In this document: positions 39,575-48,397 of the stretch, piece after piece
How positions within the stretch are numbered: the first letter of the stretch is position 1
How the letters are laid out: every line of letters starts with the position of its first letter
NCBI GenBank assembly: GCA_964623375.1
Contig: CAZUTS010000002.1
Coordinates: 43,674-107,673 of the forward strand
Length of the DNA: 64,000 bases
DNA from: an uncultured Anaerolineaceae bacterium
Lineage (GTDB): Bacteria; Chloroflexota; Anaerolineae; Anaerolineales; UBA11579
Direction of reading: 5' to 3'
Notes under the pieces: model-generated
Seen by the model: the letters and a program-made list of their open reading frames with translations, nothing else
What the model was told of the DNA's origin: nothing
The model's database searches: none
Program-made: the position numbers and the translations under genes

Positions 39575-40255
39575 TTATTTCGGATTTCTTCCAAGAAGAA
39601 GCTCCAGTAGGCTCATTTTGCGTGCGATACCGATAGCCTCAATGCTCATAAACTCATCACCGGATGAAAGGCAATTTCTCAGAAAGGAAGACATGGAGAA
39701 AACATGTACATGAGTGAATGGCTGTGCGTTAACTTCGACTTCAAAAAACGGGTCGTCTTCTCCAGTTGGATGCATGGCATCCCAAAAGCATATTAGTGGC
39801 ATAAGACGACCACTCATCCCTTTTGGTACGCGCATTGGAGTAAGGACTTTCTTTACCCCAGGCTTTATAAAGGTTTCACCATTCCACTCCCTTGACCACC
39901 TCTCAATTTTGTGGGATTGGACTGTAAGCTTATCTGCAGCGATTGGTAACCTTCTGCCCCCGATAGCGTGCGCGCCAGAATTTTTGATTTCAACCTGATA
40001 GAGTACTGGCCCTGATGGAAACTCTACTTGTAACCATCTGTCGAGTCTGCTTCCCTTGTTTGTTCCTTGAGTGACTTTATCTCCCATAATCTTGGCCGGA
40101 TTCCCTTGCCGCAAAAAATAGTTGACAAGGAGACTTGATCCTAGGTCTTCACCGATTACGCTGGATATTGCGGAGAATTGCTTAAAAGCAGACTTTGCGG
40201 GATCATCACAAAATTCCAGTAGAGACCGAATAGGGATGTTAAATGTCGAGTTCAT
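39575..40255 (-). CDS. Orphan PD-(D/E)XK restriction-endonuclease-like protein
   Basis: GE(helix)...LD.W...QVEIK arrangement fits E...PD...(D/E)xK. AT-rich single-gene insert. Confidence 0.6.
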   Translation of the reverse strand: MNSTFNIPIRSLLEFCDDPAKSAFKQFSAISSVIGEDLGSSLLVNYFLRQGNPAKIMGDKVTQGTNKGSRLDRWLQVEFPSGPVLYQVEIKNSGAHAIGGRRLPIAADKLTVQSHKIERWSREWNGETFIKPGVKKVLTPMRVPKGMSGRLMPLICFWDAMHPTGEDDPFFEVEVNAQPFTHVHVFSMSSFLRNCLSSGDEFMSIEAIGIARKMSLLELLLGRNPK

Positions 40256-40272
40256 TGGATATCCCCTAAAGC

Positions 40273-40299
40273 AGACTGCCCAGCATCGCTGGGCAGTCT
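40273..40299 (-). terminator. Stem-loop after aminotransferase gene
   Basis: AGACTGCCCAGC-atc-GCTGGGCAGTCT. Confidence 0.65.
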
Positions 40300-40313
40300 A
40301 GAAGTTTAGATTA

Positions 40314-41441
40314 TTACGCGCTTTCCAGAATCTCGCGCATGGCCGCCAACACGAGCGTGACATATTCCTTGCGGCTGCTGTGGCCCATCAGGCCGATGCG
40401 CCAGATCTGGCCCTTCAGCGGGCCGAGACCTGCGCCCACTTCGATGCCGTAATCGCTCAGCAGGCGGTTCTTGACCAAATCGTGCACCGCTACCGAGGGC
40501 GCCTTCACGGCGGTTACCGTGTGCAGGCGGTTCTCACGCGCTACCAGCATGCTCATATCCAGCGCTTCCACGCCCTTCCACAGGGTCTCTGCGTTCTCCT
40601 GATGGCGGGCAAAGCGATTCTCCAAGCCTTCTTCGGCCACGATGCGCAGCGCTTCGCGCATGGCATAGTTAAGTTGAATAGGCGCGGTGTGATGGTAGGT
40701 GCGCTCCTTGCCCCAATACTTGTGCACCTCGTCCAGCGAGAGGTACCAGTTACCCACGCCCACTTTGCGCTCGGCCAGCGCCTTCTCGGCGCGCGGGCCA
40801 ACCGTGAGCGGAGCCAGGCCGGGTGAAGCGGAGAGGCCCTTCTGCGAGCCGCTGAAGGCCACGTCTACATCCCAATTGTCCACTTCAACCGGCACACCGC
40901 CCAACGAGGCAACCGTGTCCAAAATGAACAGCGCACCCGCTTCATGCGCCGCGGCGGCTAGCTCCTTGATGTAAGGCTGCTTGGCGCCGCTGGAGGTTTC
41001 ACCGTGCACCACCGCCAGGAACTTGTACTTGTGCTGGCTGAGCTGCCTTTTGACTTCGTCAACATCCAGCACCTGGCCCCACGGCACTTCGATGCGGTCC
41101 ACAATGGCGCCGTAGCGGCCGCACATGCTGTAGATACGCTCGCCAAAGTAGCCGATGATGCCGATCAGCACGCGGTCGCCAGGCTCGATCATGTTGCTCA
41201 GCGCGGCTTCCATACCTGCGCTGCCGGTGCCGGAGACGGGGATGGTGAGGCGGTTCTTGGTCTGGAAGGCGAAGCGCAGCAGCTCCTGCACGTCATCCAT
41301 GATCTGCAAAAAGGCCGGGTCCAGGTGGCCGATGACCGGCATGGCCATCGCCTGCAGCACACGCGCCGGCATTTCGCTGGGGCCGGGGCCGAGCAGCACG
41401 CGCTCAGGTACATTCAGATCGTGGAATTGTTTGGGGTCCAT
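40314..41441 (-). CDS. Alanine-glyoxylate/serine-pyruvate aminotransferase family (class V PLP)
   Basis: LLGPGPS, GHLDP.F, SGTGSAGMEA, HGETSSG, DTVASLGG, SGSQKGL and YHHTAP motifs. Confidence 0.93.
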   Translation of the reverse strand: MDPKQFHDLNVPERVLLGPGPSEMPARVLQAMAMPVIGHLDPAFLQIMDDVQELLRFAFQTKNRLTIPVSGTGSAGMEAALSNMIEPGDRVLIGIIGYFGERIYSMCGRYGAIVDRIEVPWGQVLDVDEVKRQLSQHKYKFLAVVHGETSSGAKQPYIKELAAAAHEAGALFILDTVASLGGVPVEVDNWDVDVAFSGSQKGLSASPGLAPLTVGPRAEKALAERKVGVGNWYLSLDEVHKYWGKERTYHHTAPIQLNYAMREALRIVAEEGLENRFARHQENAETLWKGVEALDMSMLVARENRLHTVTAVKAPSVAVHDLVKNRLLSDYGIEVGAGLGPLKGQIWRIGLMGHSSRKEYVTLVLAAMREILESA

Positions 41442-41536
41442 GCACTCTCCTTATTTTCAAAAAGTTATTGTACACCCTTGCGATTTGGGTCTGCTTTTAC
41501 CCCAGCCGCCCGCCAAAATATGCGAGAATCGGCGGC

Positions 41537-43861
41537 GTGTCACAGCCCCCGCAGATATTGCAGGTATATGAGCTGGTCAAGCGCCGCAAAGCGCGCCGAG
41601 CCACGGCTCGCCGCAGCCCGGCGGCGCTGGCGCTGAAGGCCGCCGCGGCCCTGTTTGCCGCTGCCAGCGTGCTGGCGGCGTTATTGGCGCTGGCCGCTTT
41701 GCCAGCCTATCACTGGCTGACGCAAGACCTGCCGGAGGTAAGCGCTGTGCCGGTACTGATGGATGCGCAGCGCGGCTTGCTCTTGCAGCCCAGCCGTCTG
41801 CAAGAGCGCAGCGGCAGCCAGACCTTGTTGCAGCTCGCTCCGCCAGGCGCGCCGCGCCAGTTTGTGGCACTGGGGCAGGCGGCTATCTTTGAGCAGGCTT
41901 TGATAGCCAGCAGCGACCCTGGTTTTTGGCAGCACGGCGGCAGCGCCTGGCTGCACAGCCAGCCGGTGCCTCACACCCTGGCTGAGCGTGTGGCCTCCAG
42001 CTTGCTGCTCGCCGATGAGCCGGAGGGTTGGCGCAAGGCATTGCGCACGCGCATTCTGGCCAGCGAGCTCACCGCGCGCTTCGGCCGCCAGCAGGTGTTG
42101 GCCTGGGCAGTGAACAGCGCCCAATTCGGCTACTGGGCCTTTGGCGTAGAGAGTGCCGCACAGTTCTATTTTGGTATTCCCGCCAGCCAACTGACCCATG
42201 CCCAAGCGGCGGCGTTGGCCGCTATCTACAACACGCCAGCGCTGCAAGCTGTATATAACCCCACCGCGTTGCAAAACCTGGCGCATCTGATTCTGGTGGC
42301 GATGCACAGCCAAGCCATGCTGGATGATGCCCAACTGGCTGCCGCGCTCACCCAGCCATTGCAATTCAGCGATGCCACCACGCCGCTGGCGCTCGACGCG
42401 TTCCAAACGCTGGCCGTGCACCAAGCGCAGACCGCCGTCGGCAAAGCCCTGCTGGAACGCGGTGGCCTGACCCTTATCACCACCCAAGACGCGCCCATGC
42501 AGGCCGCTTTTGCCGGGCAGGGCCAGGCCGCGTTGGCGCTGGACGCACCCAATGGCCGCATCCTCGCCCTCAGCGGTGACGTTGCCGCCACCATGCCGGC
42601 TGGCAATGTGCTCTTGCCCTTCATATATTTGGATGCGTTCGCGGCGGGCCGCGCCCCCGCCACGCTGACCTGGAACTTTGACCCGGCCAGCCGTACTGAC
42701 CTGCGCGGCCCGCTCAGCACCCGCAGCGCGCTATCCAATGGCCTGCAGCAGGCCGCCGAAGACGCCCTGGCTCAGGCCGGAGCGCACCATACCGCCGGGG
42801 TATTGGCCGCGGCCGGTCTCGAAGCGTTCCGCAGCTCACTCAGCGCCACGCAAGCGGCAGATTATCTGCTGGGTGATGCGCCGTTGGCTCCGTTGGAGTT
42901 GGCGGCTGCCTACGCCAGCTTTGGCAACGGCCAATTGGCCGGCCAATGGCTGGATGGCCGCGTGCAGCCGGTGGCGCTGCTCTTTATTACCGATGAGCTT
43001 GGCCGCGTGGTGCTGGATTGGAGCCAGCCGCAATTCGATTCGCTGGCCAGCGCCGAGCTGGCCTTTCTGGTGAGCCATAGCCTGAGCGATGTCAGCGTGC
43101 GCCCCACGGCCACGCGCCAGCTCATGCTGGCGCTGGGCCGCCCAGCGGCCTTGGCACCCGAGCAGGGCGCGTGGCAACTGGCCTATACGCCTCAGCGCGT
43201 TGTGCTCAGCCTGGGCGCGGCGAATTGGCCGGCGCTGTTCACTGCAGCCCACGCCAACTTGCCCATCCGCGATTGGCAGGCGCCCGGCGGCCTGAGCTCG
43301 GTGATGGTGTGCGTGCCCTCCGGCCAATTGCCCGATGAGGACTGCCCGCAGACGCGCCGCGAATACTTCGTCAACGGCAGCGAACCGCGTTTTGCAGACT
43401 CGTTGTATCAACGCCTGGCGGTGAACTCACTCAACGGCCGCTTGGCCACAGTCTTTACCCCGGCTGAATTTATCCATGAAGCATTATTCGTGAACGTGCC
43501 TCAGGCGCTGCTGCCCGCCGCCCTGGCGGACGGGCTGCCGCTGGCGCCAGAGGATTTTGACAGTGTGCCTGCCTATGAAGGTAGCACAGCTCCCAGCATT
43601 CAGCAGCCGCAGCGCTTCGCCGCGGTGAGCGGTACGCTGAGTGTGCGAGGCACTGCGGGTGAAGGCGCGTCAGGCTGGGATTTGCAAATAGGGCAGGGCT
43701 TGTACCCGCAGCGTTGGTTGCAGTTGGCTGCCGGTACAAGTACACAGCCGCGCGCTCAATGGGACACACGCGGCTTGAGCGGTGTGTGGGTGATTCAATT
43801 ACAGGTATGGGATGAGGACGGCGGCGTGCAGCGCGCCTATACAGTCGTAAGCATTGAGTAG
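41537..43861 (+). CDS. Class A PBP-like protein with degenerate transglycosylase and transpeptidase motifs (start uncertain)
   Basis: PBP1A architecture: TM, TG domain (SDPGFWQHGG, RK, AVNSAQFG), TP domain (PLELAAAYASF.NG, AYTP), C..SG.LP...C segment and C-terminal Ig-like domain. Confidence 0.75.
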   Translation: MSQPPQILQVYELVKRRKARRATARRSPAALALKAAAALFAAASVLAALLALAALPAYHWLTQDLPEVSAVPVLMDAQRGLLLQPSRLQERSGSQTLLQLAPPGAPRQFVALGQAAIFEQALIASSDPGFWQHGGSAWLHSQPVPHTLAERVASSLLLADEPEGWRKALRTRILASELTARFGRQQVLAWAVNSAQFGYWAFGVESAAQFYFGIPASQLTHAQAAALAAIYNTPALQAVYNPTALQNLAHLILVAMHSQAMLDDAQLAAALTQPLQFSDATTPLALDAFQTLAVHQAQTAVGKALLERGGLTLITTQDAPMQAAFAGQGQAALALDAPNGRILALSGDVAATMPAGNVLLPFIYLDAFAAGRAPATLTWNFDPASRTDLRGPLSTRSALSNGLQQAAEDALAQAGAHHTAGVLAAAGLEAFRSSLSATQAADYLLGDAPLAPLELAAAYASFGNGQLAGQWLDGRVQPVALLFITDELGRVVLDWSQPQFDSLASAELAFLVSHSLSDVSVRPTATRQLMLALGRPAALAPEQGAWQLAYTPQRVVLSLGAANWPALFTAAHANLPIRDWQAPGGLSSVMVCVPSGQLPDEDCPQTRREYFVNGSEPRFADSLYQRLAVNSLNGRLATVFTPAEFIHEALFVNVPQALLPAALADGLPLAPEDFDSVPAYEGSTAPSIQQPQRFAAVSGTLSVRGTAGEGASGWDLQIGQGLYPQRWLQLAAGTSTQPRAQWDTRGLSGVWVIQLQVWDEDGGVQRAYTVVSIE

Positions 43862-43885
43862 GGGCGAGGCATGCCTCGCCCCTAC
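43858..43885. repeat. GTAG-tagged REP palindrome; degenerate second copy at 43984-44009
   Basis: GTAGGGGCGAGGCATGCCTCGCCCCTAC is a perfect 28-bp palindrome containing the upstream stop codon. Confidence 0.85.
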
Positions 43886-43905
43886 TGGGTGTAATCTTCG
43901 CCAAG

Positions 43906-44063
43906 CGTGCATCCTGAGCGAAGCGAAGGATACTTGCAAGCGTATCTTCTATACAGCGCGTGAATTGTATCTCGCCGGGAACTATAGGGGCGCAGCATGC
44001 TGCCCCTATGCATTGTCATTGCGAGGAGTATTGCCGCTTTGCGGCAAACGGACGAAGCAATCT
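43906..44063. repeat. CGTC-type half elements
   Basis: GCATCCTGAGCGAAGCGAAGGATAC, and TGTCATTGCGAGGAGTATTGCCGC...GACGAAGCAATCT (44014-44063). Confidence 0.7.
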
Positions 44064-44066
44064 TAG

Positions 44067-44723
44067 CTACTCCACACCGCGCCGCTCCGGCACCACATAG
44101 ATCAGCGGCAGGCTCACCAGCGTCACCGCGTACTTCACCAGCAAGTTCACCACAAAGATGCCCCACACCGTAGCCCACGGCAACAGGCCGCCGAAAGCGC
44201 CCACGGCAAAGATGAGATTGTCCACCGGCACGCTCAGGCTGTTGCTCACCAGCACCCGCGCCCACTGGTAGCGGCGCGTAATGCGCGTCACGAACAGGTG
44301 GTACAGCTCCGTGTCCAGCAGCTCACTCACTACCTCAGCAACAATCGAGGCCAGCGTGATGCGCCACACCGGCGCCAGCACGGCGGCGAACTCGGCGCCC
44401 AACCCCCAGCTGGCGTCACTGGGGAAGTTGGCCGCCCACACCAGGTAGGCCGCCATGCCCAGGTTGATGGCGCCCGCTGCCACCACCAGCGTGCGCGCCA
44501 CGCTGCGCCCCAGCAGCTTGTGCACCACATCGCGCAGCGTAAACGTGATCGGGTAGATGAACGTGCCCATATCCACGGCCAGGCTGCCCAACGCCGGCAG
44601 GGTCAACGTGCCGATTTTGACACTGGCCACATCCGCCAGCATCTGTGCCGCAATGTAACTGGCAATCACCACCACTGCGGCGCGGGAGATAGGGGAGGGG
44701 ATTGATATGGTTTTTTTTGTCAC
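44067..44723 (-). CDS. Queuosine precursor transporter (VUT/YhhQ family)
   Basis: FIYPITFTLRDVV, RITLASIVAEVVSELLD and LVSNSLSVPVDNLIF motifs; preQ1 riboswitch upstream. Confidence 0.88.
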   Translation of the reverse strand: MTKKTISIPSPISRAAVVVIASYIAAQMLADVASVKIGTLTLPALGSLAVDMGTFIYPITFTLRDVVHKLLGRSVARTLVVAAGAINLGMAAYLVWAANFPSDASWGLGAEFAAVLAPVWRITLASIVAEVVSELLDTELYHLFVTRITRRYQWARVLVSNSLSVPVDNLIFAVGAFGGLLPWATVWGIFVVNLLVKYAVTLVSLPLIYVVPERRGVE

Positions 44724-44747
44724 GTTTCTCCTAAATCTGTAACGGGA

Positions 44748-44790
44748 GTAGCAATTACCAGTTACTAATCACTAATCACTAATCACTGAC
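44748..44790. repeat. Heptamer tandem array in the transporter 5' UTR
   Basis: TAGCAAT TACCAGT TACTAAT CACTAAT CACTAAT CACTGAC. Confidence 0.75.
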
Positions 44791-44800
44791 TACTTGACTT

Positions 44801-44826
44801 AAAAACAATGAGGACGCCAAGTCCTC
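44801..44826 (-). terminator. Riboswitch expression-platform terminator
   Basis: Minus strand GAGGAC-ttggc-GTCCTC followed by ATTGTTTTT. Confidence 0.65.
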
Positions 44827-44829
44827 GCC

Positions 44830-44863
44830 GCAGTTTTGATAAGCCGGGTGCGCTGCAACCGGC
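44830..44863 (-). ncRNA. preQ1 class I riboswitch aptamer
   Basis: GCCGG-UUGCAGCGCAC-CCGGC-UUAUCAAAACUGC: 5-bp P1, A-rich tail, loop GCAG pairs with 3' CUGC (pseudoknot). Same layout as the T. tengcongensis aptamer; sits upstream of the VUT transporter. Confidence 0.85.
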
Positions 44864-44918
44864 GCGTAGCTTAAGTCCATCTAAGCTACGCACGCTACCT
44901 GAACATTATAATCATCCT

Positions 44919-45266
44919 ATGAGCGCACACATGCCGCTGGCACAGCAAAGCTGTGCCGCCTGCCGTGGCGATGAACCCACGCTGACCCAGCCTGAGATCG
45001 AGCGCATGCTGCCACAGGTGCCCGAGTGGCAGGTCGTCACAGTGGGCAACGTACCGCGCCTGCGCCGCACCTTTCGCTTCGATGATTTCGTCGCTGCGCT
45101 GGCCTTCACCCAGAAAGTGGGCGAGCTGGCCGAGGCCCAGGGCCATCACCCCGTGCTGCGTACGGAGTGGGGCAAGGTGCGCGTGGATTGGTGGTCGCAC
45201 AAGATCAATGGCCTGCACAATAACGACTTTGTGATGGCGGCCAAAACCGACGCACTCGCCGGGTAG
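44919..45266 (+). CDS. phhB: Pterin-4-alpha-carbinolamine dehydratase
   Basis: CAAC, LRRTFRFDDF..ALAF...VGELAE.QGHHP and WWSHKINGLHNNDFVMAAK motifs. Confidence 0.92.
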   Translation: MSAHMPLAQQSCAACRGDEPTLTQPEIERMLPQVPEWQVVTVGNVPRLRRTFRFDDFVAALAFTQKVGELAEAQGHHPVLRTEWGKVRVDWWSHKINGLHNNDFVMAAKTDALAG

Positions 45267-46478
45267 ATGCACGCTCTTCGCCACTTTCTATTTTTGCTTG
45301 CCATCGCTCCATTGGCCTTGGCCGCCTGCCAGCCTGCCCAAGCATCACCGCTGCCGGTCACCCCGCCGCCCACACCAACTCCGTTCACCTTTTCCAGCCT
45401 CTACGGCCAGCAACAAATCGCTACCTATACGCCCACCGCGCCGCCCGCGCCTACGCTTACGCCAACGGCCAGCTTTAGTGGCGAAACCTTCACCCTGCAC
45501 CTGTTCTGCGCCCTGAGTGGCCCGCTGCCTGAGCTGGCCGCCACGCGTGCCGCCGCCTTTGAGGCCGCGGTTGCGGCCCAAAACGCGGCCGGCGGCGTGC
45601 ATGGCGCACACCTGGCCACACAAATCGTAGATACGAGCAGCGATGCCGAAGCCGCCTTCCAAGCGCTGCCGGCCGCTCCCATGCTGGCGGTATTCTGTGA
45701 TGCCGCCAGCGAAATGGCCCTCAGCGAGACACTACGCCAGCAGCGCATCCCTGCCATCGGCCTCGGCGTGCAGGACACTGCCGGCGGCCGTTTGTTCGCC
45801 ATTCAAGCCGCTCCGGCCGAGGCGCTCAGTTTTGCGCTGCAGGATCTCAGCGCCAACTGGCGTCAGCGCCAGCCGCTCAGTGCTGGCAGCCAGTTGCGCT
45901 TGGCGCTGCTCAGTTGGCCCGCAGCGTTCAGTGGCTTTGCCCTTTCAGCGCAGGTGCAATCCTATGCCGCCACCCTTGGCGTGGAGCTTGCCTATCAGGC
46001 CGAACTCAGCCCACAGCCAGACCTCAACGTTTACGATGCCGTCTTCGCTATGCGAGACGCGCAGGTCAATGTTGTCTACGTCAATGCCGATTCGTTCGGC
46101 CTGGCTTATGTGCTCAATGCGCTCAATCATCTGGGCTTGCGCGGCCGTATTGTTGTAGTGGCACCCGCTGCTGCCTATGAGCCGGTGCTCTACAGCTACC
46201 TTGCTGATTCTGCTTTTGCGGATGGGCTGTACTTGGTGAACGCGGGGCCACTGCCCACTGAGACCTGGCAGCAGCACAGCATGCAGGCCGCACGGCAGGC
46301 GGCCGTACTCACGCTGGATGCTGCCATCGAGCAGGCTGGCAGCGTGGCTGCGCTCTCCACCGCCAGCCTCAGCCAGGCGTTGGCGGCCCTGCCACCAGCT
46401 GGCGCTCTTACGCTCTGGCAGGTCGGCACTACTCCCGGTGAGCTTCGCCAGGTCAGCGAAGCGGCCGAGTTGCCCTAG
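45267..46478 (+). CDS. Divergent ABC substrate-binding lipoprotein (LivJ/Peripla_BP_6-like)
   Basis: Lipobox LAAC, LSGPL, NAAGGVHG.HL...VDT pattern. Confidence 0.6.
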   Translation: MHALRHFLFLLAIAPLALAACQPAQASPLPVTPPPTPTPFTFSSLYGQQQIATYTPTAPPAPTLTPTASFSGETFTLHLFCALSGPLPELAATRAAAFEAAVAAQNAAGGVHGAHLATQIVDTSSDAEAAFQALPAAPMLAVFCDAASEMALSETLRQQRIPAIGLGVQDTAGGRLFAIQAAPAEALSFALQDLSANWRQRQPLSAGSQLRLALLSWPAAFSGFALSAQVQSYAATLGVELAYQAELSPQPDLNVYDAVFAMRDAQVNVVYVNADSFGLAYVLNALNHLGLRGRIVVVAPAAAYEPVLYSYLADSAFADGLYLVNAGPLPTETWQQHSMQAARQAAVLTLDAAIEQAGSVAALSTASLSQALAALPPAGALTLWQVGTTPGELRQVSEAAELP

Positions 46479-47731
46479 CGTTCGGCTAACTTAATCATCT
46501 GCTTGAGCGCGCCATCGCGTTTGAGTGCCGGCGCCAATGCGAAACCTTCAGCCCCAAGATACGCGCCGAACGCCCGCAGGCACTGAGCCAATGGCGTCAG
46601 CGCGGCTTCATCTGTGCGCGGTGCGCTCGCTTGCCACCACCAGCCCTTAAGCGTGAAGATCTTGCTGGCGCGGTCAAAGCCGGGGTCAAGCCGTGCGATC
46701 AACTGGTTGCCATACAGCACCGGCAAGACGTAATAGCCGTACTGGCGTTTGGGGGCAGGCACATACACTTCCCAACGATAGAAAAAATCAAACACATGCT
46801 CAATGAGCGTGCGATCCCATAGAAAATTATCCAGCGGCGCCAAATAGGCGGCTTGCGGGCGGCTACTGCGTGCTCGTGCCTGCAGCGCATCCAACTCAGC
46901 GCGCGGCGCATACAGCACCTGCCGCGGCCACTCGGCTACATGCACGCGGGCCAGCTCGCCCTGTTCGTGCAGCTTTGCAAAATAGGGCAGCAGTGAGCCG
47001 TTGCGGTTCACGCCCACCCACTGGTCTGCGCCAATGGGGCGCGCTAACCCCAAGCTGTGTACGCGGCGCAGCACATGCCACTGGCGGTAGGCCTCCACGC
47101 TGCCGTGCGGGTCCTCTGCTGCCGCCAAGGCTGCGGGCAGCAGGCGCTCTGTCAGGTTGAAGTAGCGCCGCGTGCCCACGCGGTGATTGACCACCACTTC
47201 GCCCCCATAAAAGAGAATATCCAGCGCAATACGCGCTGCCCGCGCCGAGTTGGTCAGCCACCAGTCCATCTTGGTGTCATCTTCCAGCTCCAGCGCAGAC
47301 AGTGGGCCGCGGCTGCGCACTTCCTCGCGCACCCAATCCAGCAGTTTGGTTGCCTTTTGCGTGCTGCTGGCGTGCTTGTAGCGTTGGCCCATGCGGCTGC
47401 GGTAGCCTGCGAACAACGGCCAATCTTCGGCAGGATAGATCGACATCACCTTGTCGAAGCCATCCACCAGTTTGCGGTCGCTATACAGCAGCTCGTTCAG
47501 CATATGCGGCTTGTAGTTGCGCACGCGTGATTGCAGCACCAAATGTGGGTTCTGGCCCACCACATTGATCGGGTCGTATTGAATGCAGTTCACCCGTCGG
47601 ATGTAATCCAGCGCTCCGGCTTTGCCAGCCAGCTTGCGTGGCGGGGCCAGGCGGTGGTAGCTCACCAAATAGCGGCGTGCCTGCTCCTTGCTGATGATGA
47701 CATCAGCTGGCGCAGCGGCCTTGGCCATCAC
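46475..47731 (-). CDS. YcaQ/AlkZ-like winged-helix DNA glycosylase family protein
   Basis: IQYDPINVVGQNPHLVLQSR, LAPLDNFLWDR, FYRWEVYVPAPKRQYGYYVLP motifs. Confidence 0.9.
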   Translation of the reverse strand: MMAKAAAPADVIISKEQARRYLVSYHRLAPPRKLAGKAGALDYIRRVNCIQYDPINVVGQNPHLVLQSRVRNYKPHMLNELLYSDRKLVDGFDKVMSIYPAEDWPLFAGYRSRMGQRYKHASSTQKATKLLDWVREEVRSRGPLSALELEDDTKMDWWLTNSARAARIALDILFYGGEVVVNHRVGTRRYFNLTERLLPAALAAAEDPHGSVEAYRQWHVLRRVHSLGLARPIGADQWVGVNRNGSLLPYFAKLHEQGELARVHVAEWPRQVLYAPRAELDALQARARSSRPQAAYLAPLDNFLWDRTLIEHVFDFFYRWEVYVPAPKRQYGYYVLPVLYGNQLIARLDPGFDRASKIFTLKGWWWQASAPRTDEAALTPLAQCLRAFGAYLGAEGFALAPALKRDGALKQMIKLAER

Positions 47732-48318
47732 AGCAGACCCTGCAGCGCCGCGCCCACCGCTCTGGCAATGATGGCATGCCCGGCCGGGGTGGGGTGCAAC
47801 CCGTCTGAGGTCAACTGCGCTGCGCCGCCCGCCTGCTCGAAGGCGGGCATCAGCGCCACATAGCCGTAGCCGTGTTGCGCCGCGAAGCGCTGCAAGGCCG
47901 CGTCGTAGTCATTGGCGGCGATCTGCGTGTAGTGCAAATCCTCGGCAATCGGCAGGGTACGCGGTTCGTCTACTGGCGTCAGGCCTACGATGATGATCTT
48001 GGTTGCGTAGGCGGCCATGCGATGGGCAAATTCGGCCAACCCGCGCTCAAAGTCCTCCAGCGTCACTTCGTAGCGCCCGGCGGTGTAGCGCCGCGAGTCG
48101 TTGATGCCCACCGCCAACACAAGAATATCTGGTGAGTAGATCAGCGCATCCTGCTCCAGCCGCTCGAGGATCAAATAGATCGTATCGCCACCCACACCCG
48201 CATGCACGGCTTCCCAGTCTTGGGGCAGGGTGGCGGCCAGGCGGCGCGTCCAGCCACCGCGCTCGTGGTCTGCGGCGCCTTCGGTTATCGAATCGCCAAT
48301 GAATATGATTGTTTGCAT
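47728..48318 (-). CDS. SGNH/GDSL hydrolase
   Basis: GDSIT, AGVGGD, GIND and DGLHP blocks. Confidence 0.92.
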   Translation of the reverse strand: MQTIIFIGDSITEGAADHERGGWTRRLAATLPQDWEAVHAGVGGDTIYLILERLEQDALIYSPDILVLAVGINDSRRYTAGRYEVTLEDFERGLAEFAHRMAAYATKIIIVGLTPVDEPRTLPIAEDLHYTQIAANDYDAALQRFAAQHGYGYVALMPAFEQAGGAAQLTSDGLHPTPAGHAIIARAVGAALQGLL

Positions 48319-48337
48319 GGACGGGGTATTATATGAA

Positions 48338-48391
48338 ATAATCTCTAATCTCCAATCTCGAACCTAGATGGAGATTAGAGATTGGAGATTC
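48338..48391. repeat. Inverted heptamer arrays
   Basis: AATCTCT AATCTCC AATCTC ... GAGATTA GAGATTG GAGATT. Confidence 0.75.
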
Positions 48392-48397
48392 ATGCCT

